Shown: piece by piece, positions 9,916 through 21,443 of the stretch
Numbering within the stretch: position 1 is the stretch's first letter
Layout of the letters: each line of letters opens with the position of its first letter
The notes under the pieces: generated by a model
The model's input: only the letters and a program-made list of their open reading frames with translations
What the model was told of the DNA's origin: nothing
Database searches by the model: none
DNA from: Candidatus Kapaibacterium sp.
Lineage (GTDB): Bacteria > Bacteroidota > Ignavibacteria > Kapaibacteriales > UBA2268
DNA length: 64,000 nt
Direction: 5' to 3'
NCBI GenBank assembly: GCA_963665665.1
Contig: OY762428.1
Coordinates: forward strand, 512,001-576,000
Made by a program: the position numbers and the translations under genes

Positions 9916-10662
9916 TTATATAACTTTTGCATCTTCATGAAGAGCGCGAACTACTTCGTCAATATCCGCTGCTTCAGCGCCAACAATTTTGCCAACTCTC
10001 TGCTTCACAGGCAATTCCATACCGAGAACAGAAACACGGTTTGCAACTTCAGTTGCGTCTCTTTCTTCGATAGGTTTTCTTTTGGCTTTCATAATATCAG
10101 GAAGTTTCGGGTAGCGGGGATCGTTCAGGCCTTTCTGGCAACTGATTACACATGGCAGAGATGCTTCAACGATTTCTTTACCGCCTTCGATATCTCTTTC
10201 TGCTTTCAGTTTGTCAGATTCAACATCAAGTTTAGTTACAACAGATACTGAGGGCATATCAGTCATTTCAGCAAGCATGGATGTCATCTGCATTGAATCA
10301 TAATCAACTGACTGTTTACCGCAGAGTATCAGGTCGGGGTTTATTTCTTTTGCATAATCAGCAAGATTTTTTGCAACGTAGAAAGAATCCGCATCGTCCC
10401 TGCCTTTGATAAGCGTTACTTTATCAACGCCCATGGCAAGGGCAGTTCTGAGAATATCTGTCGATTGTGCAGAGCCTACTGTAACGGCAGTTACTTCACC
10501 ACCGTTTGCTGTGCGAAGCCTGAGAGCTTCTTCAAGCGCAAATTCGTCGTAAGGGTTCACAACAAACTTAACTCCCTGGCCATCAATAGTTTTGCCATCG
10601 GAGCCGATCTTTACGCGGACTGCCGTATCGGGTACTCTCGATACACAAACCAAAATGTTCAT
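9916..10662 (-). CDS. etfB: Electron transfer flavoprotein beta subunit
   Basis: RVPDT, NPYDEFALEEA, GKQSVD, NDPRYP. Confidence 0.95.
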   Translation of the reverse strand: MNILVCVSRVPDTAVRVKIGSDGKTIDGQGVKFVVNPYDEFALEEALRLRTANGGEVTAVTVGSAQSTDILRTALAMGVDKVTLIKGRDDADSFYVAKNLADYAKEINPDLILCGKQSVDYDSMQMTSMLAEMTDMPSVSVVTKLDVESDKLKAERDIEGGKEIVEASLPCVISCQKGLNDPRYPKLPDIMKAKRKPIEERDATEVANRVSVLGMELPVKQRVGKIVGAEAADIDEVVRALHEDAKVI

Positions 10663-10722
10663 TATTCCTCCGGAATGTTGTTTTCAAAAAAAGTTTAAAA
10701 AATTTATTAAATAAATTCATTG

Positions 10723-10730
10723 CAAATATA
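10723..10730 (-). promoter_or_regulatory. TATATTTG -7 promoter element upstream of etfB
   Basis: TAnnTTTG consensus about 60 nt upstream of the start. Confidence 0.45.
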
Positions 10731-10951
10731 ATTATTAACTGCAAATATTTAAAAACAGTTAATCTAAAATACAAGGGCTGATATATCTAAAATTATATAA
10801 TATCAGTTGTTTATAAATATTTTCAGTTTTGATTAATTTCCGATTCGTTAAGCGTATTTTCTCGAACCATATATTATTATCCAATATAAAAATTGCTAAT
10901 AAAAACGATAAAAGCAAGAAATGAATAAGTTCTGTAAACCATGTGTTTGGT

Positions 10952-11401
10952 TTATTGCAAAAATCCTTTTTTTCTACCTTCCTTAACAATAAAAGTAAGA
11001 TTTCCGGTGAATTGTTCCGGAACAGATACTGAACATGGAGGTATTGAATCCAGATACCATTTCATATCGCTTCCGTTTATTATTACTGGTTCATCCCCCT
11101 GTGAAATTTCAATTGTAATTTCGCCCTCGTAAACATTTGGATTATTGGAACAACATAGAATATGCCATGCCATGTGCATCATGTGTAGAGCCTGGGCAGG
11201 TGTACGTAATCTTCTTTTTACGGACTGCCCTGCCGGTATATCAATTTTAACATTCTCTTTTACTGTTTTACGGTCATCCTTAACAATAGTAATATCAACG
11301 CCAACTAAAATATTTTCTGTTGAGGAAACTTTTATGATCAAATCACCTGATTTTTCATCATTTAATATACAGTAAATAGCTTTCTTTTGTTTTGGCTGCA
11401 T
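10952..11401 (-). CDS. Hypothetical protein
   Basis: 149-aa ORF directly downstream of uvrA on the same strand; no family recognised. Confidence 0.55.
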   Translation of the reverse strand: MQPKQKKAIYCILNDEKSGDLIIKVSSTENILVGVDITIVKDDRKTVKENVKIDIPAGQSVKRRLRTPAQALHMMHMAWHILCCSNNPNVYEGEITIEISQGDEPVIINGSDMKWYLDSIPPCSVSVPEQFTGNLTFIVKEGRKKGFLQ

Positions 11402-11429
11402 GATAAACTCTCTGAACTACTATAAAAAT

Positions 11430-14324
11430 TTACTTAATATTTAATTCTTCCTTCAGGTATTTACCCGTCAGGCTTTTATCATTTTTTATTATATCTTCGG
11501 GTTTTCCGGCCGCAATAATTTCACCGCCATTTATTCCGCCTTCAGGCCCCAGGTCAATTATCCAATCCGCACATTTAATAACATCAAGGTTATGCTCAAT
11601 TATGATTACTGTATTACCCTTATCAACAAGTTTGTTCAATAATTTAAGTAAAATTCGGATATCTTCAAAATGTAATCCTGTTGTTGGCTCATCCAGCATG
11701 TAAAGAGTTTTACCGGTACTTGTTTTAGATAATTCAGTAGCAAGCTTTACCCTTTGCGCTTCTCCACCCGAAAGTGTAGGTGCCTGCTGCCCCAGGGTTA
11801 GATAACCCAGGCCTACTTCAACAAGAGTACTAAGTTTTTTCTTAATTTTAGGGATGTCACTGAAAAATTCAACTGCTTCGTTAACGGTCATATCAAGAAC
11901 ATCCGCTATGGATTTTTCTTTATATTTCACCATCAGGGTTTCTTTATTATATCTTTTTCCCTGGCAAACATCGCATTTAACATAAACTTCCGGCAGGAAA
12001 TTCATCTCAATTTTTCTTATACCGGCACCCTCGCATTCCTCACATCTTCCACCTGTTACGTTGAAAGAAAATCTTCCGGGTTTATATCCCCTTACCTGTG
12101 ATTCGGGAAGCATGGCGTAGAAATCTCTTATCAGAGTGAAAAGCCCTGTATATGTAGCCGGATTTGATCGGGGTGTTCGGCCAATAGGTGACTGGTCAAT
12201 TTCAATAACTTTGTCAATATATTCAAGCCCGTCGATAGATTTGTAAGGGAGAGGTACCAGGTTTGACCTGTAAAATTTTCTTGAAAGAATCGGGTAAAGA
12301 GTGTCATTTATTAATGAGGATTTTCCCGAACCACTCATTCCTGTTACACAAACAGAAAGTCCAAGAGGAATTTCAAGATCAACATTTCCCAGGTTATTTC
12401 CCTTTGCTCCTTTTAGCCACAGCTTTGCTCCGTTGCCTTCACGTCGTACTTCGGGCACTTCAATTTTCCTGGAACCGCAAAGGTATCCGGCAGTGAAAGA
12501 TTTGTCAAGTTTTGTTTTAGGAAGTTTACAGAATTTGTCTGGTTCGGAGGAAAAAACAACTTCTCCGCCATGAACACCTGCGCCGGGGCCCAGATCAGCC
12601 ACGAAATCTGCCTGCTCTATCATAGCTTTGTCATGTTCTACCACTATTACCGTGTTGCCAAGATCCCTGAGTTGTTTTAGTGAATCAATTAATTTATTGT
12701 TATCGTGCTGATGAAGCCCGATGCTCGGTTCGTCAAGTATATACATTATACCTACAAGTTTTGAACCGATTTGAGAAGCCAGCCTTATCCTTTGGGATTC
12801 ACCCCCTGAAAGCGTTCGCACTGACCGGTCGAGCGACATATAGGAAAGTCCCACATCCCTGAGAAAGCCAAGCCTGGCAATTATTTCCTTTAAAATAAGA
12901 TTTGCTATTATCTTCTCGCGCTTGTTTAGTTTCGAGTCCAGATTGCTAAAATAATTATAAGCGCTGCTTACATCCAGAACAGTAATATTTCTGATATTTG
13001 TGTCATGGATTAGTACAGCAAGGCTTTCGGGCTTTAATCTGCCGCCACCGCAATTCTCGCATTTAACCGACGACATATAATTATCCATATTCTTCCTGAA
13101 TGATCCGCTGCTCGTACTCTCGTACTGATGGCGCAAAGAAGGAATAATCCCAAGGAATTTATGCTTATAAACAATTTCCTTGCCTTTGCCGAATTTATAC
13201 TTCACAGGTATCTCATTATCATCAGTACCATATAGTAATCTTCCCAGAACCGCTTCATCAATATCTTTTACCGGCAAATCCAGATCAATGCCGGCCTTTT
13301 CGGCAAATACTTCTACCTGGGTCCAAAGCCACATCTGCCGTTTTTTTCCAAGCGGTGCAATACCGCCCTTTGCAATCGACAATGAGTCATCAGGAATGAA
13401 TAATTCCGGGTTGAAATCACGCAGTTCACCCAGGCCCTGGCATTTTGGGCATGCTCCGTAAGGCGAGTTGAATGAAAACATGTTTGGAGCCAATTGATCA
13501 AATGATTTCCCGCAGGAAGGACAGGAATATGAGGTGGAGAAAAGTTTTTCTCCCCATCCGCTGTCTTTCTGGAAAAGAATCATCATTGTGCCTTCGCCTT
13601 TATTAATTGCCAATTCGCAGGATTCGCTAATTCTATGCTCCTGCTTAGAAACCACATGGCAGCGATCAACAATCAGTTCAATATCATGAATTTTGTATCT
13701 GTCAACCTTCATCTCAGGGATTAAATCCGTTATTTTTCCGTCAACACGGACTTTAGTAAAACCAAGTTTCATCAGTTTTTCAAACAGATCCCTGTAATGG
13801 CCTTTTCTGGCCCTGACGAGCGGCGCCAGTATCTGTATTTTTTTATCGTGATAATCATCAAAAATTTCCTCTACTATCTGTTCGCCGGTTTTTTGTTGCA
13901 CTGGCACATGGCAGTCCACGCAGTATTGAATACCTATCTTGGCAAAAAGAAGCCTGAGGTAATCATAAATCTCAGTTACAGTTCCAACAGTCGAACGTGG
14001 GTTGTGGCCAAGGGTTTTCTGTTCTATTGATATCGCCGGGGAAAGTCCGTCGATACGGTCAACACTTGGCTTCTTCATCATACCGAGAAATTGCCTGGCA
14101 TAGGAAGACAGGCATTCAACATATCTTCTCTGGCCTTCTGCATAGAGAGTATCAAAAGCAAGGCTGGATTTCCCGGAACCCGACAGCCCTGTAATAACAA
14201 CAAATTTATCTCTTGGAATATCTATATCAATATTTTTTAGATTGTGCTCCCGGGCCCCCCGGACACTTATCTTTGTTAGCTCGCCTGTTATCTCCGGCGC
14301 CTTATCTTCCTTTATTTCCCGCAT
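11430..14324 (-). CDS. uvrA: Excinuclease ABC subunit A
   Basis: [22 protein letters not shown], two ABC domains, Zn fingers, [12 protein letters not shown]. Start could be 14348. Confidence 0.97.
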   Translation of the reverse strand: MREIKEDKAPEITGELTKISVRGAREHNLKNIDIDIPRDKFVVITGLSGSGKSSLAFDTLYAEGQRRYVECLSSYARQFLGMMKKPSVDRIDGLSPAISIEQKTLGHNPRSTVGTVTEIYDYLRLLFAKIGIQYCVDCHVPVQQKTGEQIVEEIFDDYHDKKIQILAPLVRARKGHYRDLFEKLMKLGFTKVRVDGKITDLIPEMKVDRYKIHDIELIVDRCHVVSKQEHRISESCELAINKGEGTMMILFQKDSGWGEKLFSTSYSCPSCGKSFDQLAPNMFSFNSPYGACPKCQGLGELRDFNPELFIPDDSLSIAKGGIAPLGKKRQMWLWTQVEVFAEKAGIDLDLPVKDIDEAVLGRLLYGTDDNEIPVKYKFGKGKEIVYKHKFLGIIPSLRHQYESTSSGSFRKNMDNYMSSVKCENCGGGRLKPESLAVLIHDTNIRNITVLDVSSAYNYFSNLDSKLNKREKIIANLILKEIIARLGFLRDVGLSYMSLDRSVRTLSGGESQRIRLASQIGSKLVGIMYILDEPSIGLHQHDNNKLIDSLKQLRDLGNTVIVVEHDKAMIEQADFVADLGPGAGVHGGEVVFSSEPDKFCKLPKTKLDKSFTAGYLCGSRKIEVPEVRREGNGAKLWLKGAKGNNLGNVDLEIPLGLSVCVTGMSGSGKSSLINDTLYPILSRKFYRSNLVPLPYKSIDGLEYIDKVIEIDQSPIGRTPRSNPATYTGLFTLIRDFYAMLPESQVRGYKPGRFSFNVTGGRCEECEGAGIRKIEMNFLPEVYVKCDVCQGKRYNKETLMVKYKEKSIADVLDMTVNEAVEFFSDIPKIKKKLSTLVEVGLGYLTLGQQAPTLSGGEAQRVKLATELSKTSTGKTLYMLDEPTTGLHFEDIRILLKLLNKLVDKGNTVIIIEHNLDVIKCADWIIDLGPEGGINGGEIIAAGKPEDIIKNDKSLTGKYLKEELNIK

Positions 14325-14362
14325 AATCCGCTTGTAAATGACAAACACATAAATACAAGCTA

Positions 14363-14370
14363 CAAAGATA
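14363..14370 (-). promoter_or_regulatory. TATCTTTG -7 promoter element upstream of uvrA
   Basis: TAnnTTTG consensus just upstream of the start. Confidence 0.45.
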
Positions 14371-15032
14371 GTTTTTTTTTATTTCATAAGGAATTTTTTT
14401 ATTCCTGGATCCAAAATTTCAAGAGCGAAATGATTGGAATTGTGTATGAAGAATAATACAGGTTAAAGTCGAAGGGGAAAAAGGCAGCTTGTTGAGGAAT
14501 CAATTTCAAAAATTTACATTAAGAACCCTGCGTTCGATTCCTGATGTTCAATTTTCGCAAAAGAAGTAATCGAGAATGACATTCTGAAAATTCGTTCCTG
14601 TTGATTGAGTTGGAAAAATGCACAAAAATAACGATATATTGGAGTCAATTTTTTACTACACGGAAAATTGAAATCGTTATTTCTGCATCAGGATAAGACA
14701 GGTTGATATTTTTTTTAATTCTGGCAAAAATAAAAATATGCAGAATTTTTTATCGAATATTTTGAAAAATATTTACAAAATGGATAATATTATAAACATT
14801 TTCATATCATAGATTTATGAATTTTTTTCTTTTTAAGCAATTTCTATTGTTATCACAAATTAAAAAATATTTACAAAATTTTTGTAACGGAATGTAACTT
14901 TTTAAATAAATCAGTGTTATTGTGCATGTAATTGTTACAACTACATTGATAAAACAGATATAATGACAATGTTGCAAAATAAATACTACAAACATCAACT
15001 TTTTATTTTTCTAATATTTAGCGGAGTCACTT

Positions 15033-18000
15033 ATGACTAAATCTACTTCTATGCGCGGATTGCTTTTTGCAATAGTCGCAGCATTTTTCGTTCTTGCAGG
15101 TGCAAGAAATACTTACTCGACAGACCTGCCGGATTACTGTATCTGGCCGGATAGCTGGGATTATCTATACTTCACAGATTACGCCTCTATGTATGATTAT
15201 GGATCTCTTACATGGGTTCATATCGAATCAGCTGACGGTGAAGTGGTTCTTGACCATGAATCAGACTACGAAGGGCCACACCGCTTTTGGGATGATATTA
15301 CATTCCAGCTGATACCCGGAATGGAATATTATATTTCAGTGGCAACATACGGCCGGTATTATGCCAGGGTAAGAGCCTGGATTGACTGGGACCGCGACGG
15401 CGAGTTTATAAACACACCTCAATATGTTGAATATATGGGTCTATCATACGATTACTATTATGGTAATTCCAACTGGACTCCTTATAACAGTTATCAGGGT
15501 GGTATCAGGAAACAGGTCTTTAAATTTACGGTACCTGAAGATGCTTCTGAAACATATCGCTTCAGGATAGCGAATACCTATTATTCTTATCATTATGTTC
15601 AAAGTCCTTATTCTTATGAATATCCTTATGATGATGCATGTATTAACGGATATCTTTATGAATATACTACTTACACAAGAATTTACAATTACGGCGAAAT
15701 TCATGACTACAACTTCGACGTATTCGGCGGCGTAAAAGACACATATCCTTCTGACGGCGACATCCTTTATGCAGATGAGGAATATGACGGAACATCACGC
15801 ATGAAAAACGGCGAGATGGTTGACTTCCCGAAACCTCAGATAATTTTCCCGGCAGAGCCTGAAGAAGGCGCCCTCGTGCGTTTCTACATTTACGGCCCTG
15901 CACCATCAACAGATATCGTGTATGAAGGCCTGGCAGAATACCCGTCTACATCTGAAAACGTTGATGTAGCCGGCGCAGTAGGCGATACATACACAATTCA
16001 GCATTCAAGAGGCCAGTATTCATATCCTTCATCACCCTACGGCGACGGTACATTCAAAGCCGATCGCGGCGGTACATACAAAGTATATGCTTACCAGCTT
16101 GAATCACCCAAAGCAATTGTGAACTCCTTTACAGTATCCTGGGACAATGACCTTTCCGTTTCAAGGATCGTTTCCCCGAGGACTAATGTGGAACCTGATT
16201 TCTTCAAATATGTACAGGGCCAGTCAATCAGGATAATCGGCCTGTACAGGAACGTTGGTATCAACGATGTTACCGAGTTTGAAGGAACAGCACGTATATG
16301 GGATCCAAACGGCGAACTGGTTTATGACGACACTAAATCTTATGAAGCTCCCCCGAGGGAAGTTCTCAGTACATCAGATGCCGTAGAACTTGAATTCGAT
16401 AACGCAAGGTTCACACAGACAGGCGTTTATACTATTGAAATGACCTGTGACCTTATTGATACGGAAGATGATAACTTCAACGGCGACCAGGATGACTACA
16501 ATGATGTAGTTCCGCGCTCAGACCTCAGCAGCTATACATTTGAAGTATCCTACGAAATCCAGCTTCAGGCAGATGAAATTCTTCTCCCGACAGAAGATAC
16601 TGAAGTACTTGTAAACCGTACAGTTGTACCGATGGCACGCTTTGCAAACGCCGGTATCGGCGATGCATCTGACGTACCTGCAACAATGATTGTTAAAAAC
16701 GAAGACGGCGAAACTGTATACGAAAGTAATATCATCGTACAGGATATTCCTGCCGGTAAATATAACACCAAGATCGAGAAATTTGCAGAAATGACAATTT
16801 CCGAGCCTGGCGATTATACAGTATGCGTATGGCTTACTGATGATAACGACCCCATTCGCGAAGACGATACGGTATGCACCACATTCTCGGTGGAAGCAGG
16901 AATGCAGGGAACATTCACGGTAGGTACCAGGTTTGAAGGCCAGGAACGCAACTACACAACCATCGACGATATGATGGACGATATCTATTTCAAAGGTATC
17001 ACCGGCCCGATAACATTTGAATTCACAGATGCAAGTTATGAAGTATCCGAGAACAACTATGAATTCGGTGCATGGGAATTCACATCAAGGATCATCGGCC
17101 TTGGCTATGACCTGGAAACTGAAGAACCTTATACAATAACATTCAAACCCCACAGGGACAGGGCAAATGTTAAAGGCGGAGTAACTATTAATCTAAATTC
17201 AGCAAGTGGCCGCGGTGTAACATTCGGGCAGTCACACTACCCGCAGAATGACAATGCTATCGCCAAACGCTTCCCCTCACCGTCAAACTCAAACTTCAAC
17301 GGTTATGTAGTATTTGACGGCGGCCGCCAGAAAGCGCTTAAATTCGTCCTTAATACAACGAACGAACACGGCTCGGCATTCTATCTTGGCCGCGGATCAA
17401 GCAATGTAACAGTTAAAAACTGTATCATTGAAAATGGTACAGAAGGCATAAAAACACAGACAAGAATACCACTTGTAACATTTGATCCTTCACGCGGTTT
17501 CGGATTTGAAGGCGACGTATTCGAATCAGGCGGGGTACGTTCAAGCTACTCTGCAGGTATCGTATCAAGGTCAAGCCTTCTTAAAGCAGAAGAAAGCGAA
17601 TTTATCAAACTTGATACAGTTCCCAACACGAACAACGTAATTGAAGGCAATGAGATCAGCGGCTTCGGTTATGGTATCATGTCGCTTGGTATCGGCGCTC
17701 TCTACATGCAGAACGAGAACTACTACCAACGCTTCTATAATGAAGACAACACATACAGCAACAATACAATAACAGACTGCTACCGTGCAGGTATCCTCCT
17801 CGGCTTTGAAGAAGACAGTAAAGTTGAAGGCAACAGGATATATGACATGGGCGGCGCATCCAATGCGGCAGGTATCCTTCTTGGCGGAAACAGCCGTGAT
17901 GACATTGACGGATATAACAACGTTGACATCATGGTAAACGGCAACGAGATCAGCGGCATTGAAGCCCGCGACTTTGCCTTCGGTATCAGCAACGAGCAGG

Positions 18001-20693
18001 TAAGGATAACATTCCAGAACCCGGGCGGCGGAGTTGTTTACTTCCCGAACAAGATGGAAGACATCGTTATCAGCAATAACGTTGTTCGCGGCATCACAGG
18101 AAATGCAAATACAAATATCTGCGGAATCGGCTCCTTCACAAGGCGCTATGATGATGCCAGGGAAAACTGGGAATTCATCTCCACACCGTTTGAAGAAGAC
18201 TACTTCACAAGAGGCGACATCATTGCCAACAACACAGTAGTAATGACAGATGAAGAAGATATTGAAAATGCAGGCGCAGTTGCAGCTATCGGCATTCAGA
18301 ATGCATACGGCGCAACATTCAAGAATAACGCCATCCTCTTCGAAGACGAAAGCTTCGACGCAGGCAGCCCGATGGCAGCAGGCTTATTCTACCAGGGCCC
18401 GAAAACAGGCAGCGAAGGCGGCCTTATGAGTGACAGGAATGCCTACTTCACAGGCAATGCCACACTCTTCCGCTTTATCGAAACAGATGCAGAAGGCAAC
18501 CTTCTGGAACCAGGCACAAGGAATGAATTCCAGACACTGGGCCAGTGGCAGCTCTGGACAGGCGCAGACCTGAACTCAATAAATGCTGACTTCACAAGCG
18601 ATATGGACTACCAGGGTAATTATCCTTATAAACTAAGAATAGACGACGTACCCGAACTTCCACTTGGTTCAGTCCTGAACAACAGGGGTGAAAACCTTGA
18701 CGAAGTAACAGAAGATATAGACGGCAACCCGAGAGGCTCCGCCGGCCAGCGCTGCGATATTGGCGCATTTGAATTTGCAGGCCGTATGTTCGTATCCGAC
18801 GTTGAAATGCAGAACATCCCTGTTCCTGGTAACTACAAAGCAGGCGACGGCAGCTTCAACGATGCAGAATATATAATGACAGACGCACCTGTTGAAATAA
18901 CAGCCAACATCAGAAATAACGGTTCACTCCAGCAGTCAGACATTAACGTTTACGTTAAAGTCTTCAGGCAGGAGCCTGACGGCACTTATGACGAAGATGC
19001 TCCTGTTGTTGACAAAACAGTAAAAACATCTATCCCGACAACAGAAAGCCGCATGGTATCATTTGGCCTTGCAGACGGTGATAATGACGACTTTGCTCCG
19101 GCTACATACCTTGACCTTGATACATTGAACTATACAGTGCCTTATCTCTTCACAGAGATGAAAGCCAACGTAACACCTGTATACAAGATCGAAGTAAGCG
19201 TCGAAAGCGATCAGGAAAATGATAATAATATAATCGAAAAAGAAGTAAGGTTCTACATAAGGAAATCTCCTCTGAAACTTCTCGTTTCATCAGAGAACTC
19301 CATGCGCGACCTTTATGCAGCAAACATGTACACACCGGGACTTCCCACAGCCAACGAAATAGCAGGACGTTTGAACCGCGACAGCCTTGACCAGGCACTG
19401 CGCCGCCTTGGCTGGTACACAGACCTTGAAGAAGAACGCTTTGACGTTGACCTCTTTGACAGGACAGCATGGGAAGAAAGAGCCGTAAACTATACAATCT
19501 ACCGTTCAATCTTCTGGACTGACGGCGATGACAGCAACGGCGATGACAAAGGTATCACACGCTACCAGCGCCAGGATATCCGCGACTTCCTGAACGAAGG
19601 CGTGCCGGGCGACAAACGCAACCTCGTGGTAAGTTCACAGGAACTTGTACGCGAACTGAGCTCAGCCGGAACAGTAAACAACAGCGATCCTGAATTCGTA
19701 GAAGAGATACTCAGGGCCGAGAATGTATATCCTTACAATCCTCTTGGCATGAATGTCAGCAATAACGGCAACAGCGTAACAGGCGAAGCTGTAGGCCAGG
19801 GCCTGACAGAGTATATCTCTGCATCAAGCTATATCGACCAGGATTACCGTGAAATGGACGGCAATGTGGTAACACTGAACGACGTACAGCCTTATTGCGG
19901 ACTTATGGACGTAAGCCCCAACGGCGACGGACTTGCCAGGATAGCTTACAACTATGAAAACCACGATGCAGCACCGAACAACAGCGGAATGGGCGTAGCC
20001 ACAACAACACTTGAACGCAACGTAGTAGTACTTGGTGTTGACTGGCGTCACTGGGCAAACCTCGACCGTGTACTCCGCTCTGTATTTGACTTTGTAGAAA
20101 ACAACGGCGGCGAGATCGTTCCTGTAGAGCTTGCAGCATTCGATGCAACAGCAGCAGGCAAACGCGTGGATATTACATGGGCAACAGCGAGTGAATATAA
20201 CTCCTCACTCTTTGAAGTTGAAAAAGCAGGCTACAGCGAGGCAGGCACAGGCTTGTTCACAGGCATCGGCGAGATGGCAGCAGCCGGCAACAGCAGCAAA
20301 CATCTCGAATACGGCCCCGTAACAGACTATGATGTAGAATATGGTAACAGCTATGTTTACAGGCTGAAGATGACAGACCTTGACGGAAAAGTTAACTACA
20401 GTGATGAAGAAGTAGTAACAATCGGCGAAAACGGTGCTATTAGCTTAGGCCAGGCATTCCCGAACCCGAGTAAGGAATCTGCTAAGTTTCGCCTGAGCAC
20501 AGGCAGCGACGTAAACATCAGCATAGACCTTTATGATATGAGCGGCAAGCTTGTACGCAACGTTATGAACGAAGCCACAAGCGGCACAAGGACAATTGAA
20601 GTGGATACCCGCAACCTTACAAGCGGCAGTTACACACTCGTTCTTCGCAGCGGCTCAACAATCATCAACAGGACTGTTCGCGTTGTTAAGTAA
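15033..20693 (+). CDS. Large acidic secreted protein: GEVED-like domain, Ig/CARDB-like domains, parallel beta-helix, T9SS type A C-terminal sorting domain
   Basis: Signal peptide; VRAWIDWDRDGEF...FTVP...RFRI...YGEIHDY (GEVED-like); IEGNEISGFGYGI repeats; DIDGNPR...CDIGAFE; VPVELAAF...FPNP...LYDMSGKLV...SGSYTL...VVK C-terminus. Confidence 0.85.
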   Translation: MTKSTSMRGLLFAIVAAFFVLAGARNTYSTDLPDYCIWPDSWDYLYFTDYASMYDYGSLTWVHIESADGEVVLDHESDYEGPHRFWDDITFQLIPGMEYYISVATYGRYYARVRAWIDWDRDGEFINTPQYVEYMGLSYDYYYGNSNWTPYNSYQGGIRKQVFKFTVPEDASETYRFRIANTYYSYHYVQSPYSYEYPYDDACINGYLYEYTTYTRIYNYGEIHDYNFDVFGGVKDTYPSDGDILYADEEYDGTSRMKNGEMVDFPKPQIIFPAEPEEGALVRFYIYGPAPSTDIVYEGLAEYPSTSENVDVAGAVGDTYTIQHSRGQYSYPSSPYGDGTFKADRGGTYKVYAYQLESPKAIVNSFTVSWDNDLSVSRIVSPRTNVEPDFFKYVQGQSIRIIGLYRNVGINDVTEFEGTARIWDPNGELVYDDTKSYEAPPREVLSTSDAVELEFDNARFTQTGVYTIEMTCDLIDTEDDNFNGDQDDYNDVVPRSDLSSYTFEVSYEIQLQADEILLPTEDTEVLVNRTVVPMARFANAGIGDASDVPATMIVKNEDGETVYESNIIVQDIPAGKYNTKIEKFAEMTISEPGDYTVCVWLTDDNDPIREDDTVCTTFSVEAGMQGTFTVGTRFEGQERNYTTIDDMMDDIYFKGITGPITFEFTDASYEVSENNYEFGAWEFTSRIIGLGYDLETEEPYTITFKPHRDRANVKGGVTINLNSASGRGVTFGQSHYPQNDNAIAKRFPSPSNSNFNGYVVFDGGRQKALKFVLNTTNEHGSAFYLGRGSSNVTVKNCIIENGTEGIKTQTRIPLVTFDPSRGFGFEGDVFESGGVRSSYSAGIVSRSSLLKAEESEFIKLDTVPNTNNVIEGNEISGFGYGIMSLGIGALYMQNENYYQRFYNEDNTYSNNTITDCYRAGILLGFEEDSKVEGNRIYDMGGASNAAGILLGGNSRDDIDGYNNVDIMVNGNEISGIEARDFAFGISNEQVRITFQNPGGGVVYFPNKMEDIVISNNVVRGITGNANTNICGIGSFTRRYDDARENWEFISTPFEEDYFTRGDIIANNTVVMTDEEDIENAGAVAAIGIQNAYGATFKNNAILFEDESFDAGSPMAAGLFYQGPKTGSEGGLMSDRNAYFTGNATLFRFIETDAEGNLLEPGTRNEFQTLGQWQLWTGADLNSINADFTSDMDYQGNYPYKLRIDDVPELPLGSVLNNRGENLDEVTEDIDGNPRGSAGQRCDIGAFEFAGRMFVSDVEMQNIPVPGNYKAGDGSFNDAEYIMTDAPVEITANIRNNGSLQQSDINVYVKVFRQEPDGTYDEDAPVVDKTVKTSIPTTESRMVSFGLADGDNDDFAPATYLDLDTLNYTVPYLFTEMKANVTPVYKIEVSVESDQENDNNIIEKEVRFYIRKSPLKLLVSSENSMRDLYAANMYTPGLPTANEIAGRLNRDSLDQALRRLGWYTDLEEERFDVDLFDRTAWEERAVNYTIYRSIFWTDGDDSNGDDKGITRYQRQDIRDFLNEGVPGDKRNLVVSSQELVRELSSAGTVNNSDPEFVEEILRAENVYPYNPLGMNVSNNGNSVTGEAVGQGLTEYISASSYIDQDYREMDGNVVTLNDVQPYCGLMDVSPNGDGLARIAYNYENHDAAPNNSGMGVATTTLERNVVVLGVDWRHWANLDRVLRSVFDFVENNGGEIVPVELAAFDATAAGKRVDITWATASEYNSSLFEVEKAGYSEAGTGLFTGIGEMAAAGNSSKHLEYGPVTDYDVEYGNSYVYRLKMTDLDGKVNYSDEEVVTIGENGAISLGQAFPNPSKESAKFRLSTGSDVNISIDLYDMSGKLVRNVMNEATSGTRTIEVDTRNLTSGSYTLVLRSGSTIINRTVRVVK

Positions 20694-20734
20694 TCAACCT
20701 TAACAGCTGAATATAATTCTTATAATAAGAAAAG

Positions 20735-20762
20735 AACCCCGGGCAAAGCCCGGGGTTTTTTT
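20735..20762 (+). terminator. Rho-independent terminator
   Basis: AACCCCGGGC-AAA-GCCCGGGGTTTTTTT. Confidence 0.85.
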
Positions 20763-20862
20763 ATATTTTATTTTAACAAGGTTTATAAAAAATGGCCGCC
20801 CGGATAAATCATGTGTTTAGGAAGAGAATGAATTTGGCGGCCATTATATTAGGGGTTATTTT

Positions 20863-21297
20863 TTAAGAATTTTCGTCAATAATATTTCCATTGTAACTTA
20901 GATTGTTCTGGTTTATCCAGCTAAGCAAAGAATCAAGGTCTTCTTCATCAGCTGTTCCGCTTTTAAATTTTTCAATAAAATTATTCAAAGTTTCTGAAGT
21001 CTCTGAATTTTGAGCCATCATACCCGCACCCTGAGGAGGAGTGCCTTTGCCAGGAGGCGGACCGGGCATATCGAATCCGGCTTCCTGCATCATATTTTTC
21101 AGATCTTCACCGGGTTTTATCCCGGCATCTTTCAATTCTGATCTAAGTGATTCCGTATCTTCCTTAGTCATGTTCGCGGAATCATATTTTTCAATTATAT
21201 CTGCAAAAGTTTCTTTATCCTCATCAGTCATCTCATAATTAAAGCGGGGCATATTCATTCCCCCGCCAAATTGTGCAGAACTAATTCCTTCAATCAT
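20863..21297 (-). CDS. Hypothetical acidic protein with a PPPG motif
   Basis: AAGGAGGT SD before the ATG; 144 aa. Confidence 0.7.
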   Translation of the reverse strand: MIEGISSAQFGGGMNMPRFNYEMTDEDKETFADIIEKYDSANMTKEDTESLRSELKDAGIKPGEDLKNMMQEAGFDMPGPPPGKGTPPQGAGMMAQNSETSETLNNFIEKFKSGTADEEDLDSLLSWINQNNLSYNGNIIDENS

Positions 21298-21443
21298 CAG
21301 AACCTCCTTGTTGTGAAAAAACTTCCCGGCCTATTTCAGGACCGCTGAAATTTAGACATATCAAAAAAGAAAAGGTTTAAGAGCATTTTAATTTTTTTTG
21401 TTTTAAATTGCCGAAAATTAAATTTCAAATACAGGAAATACAA

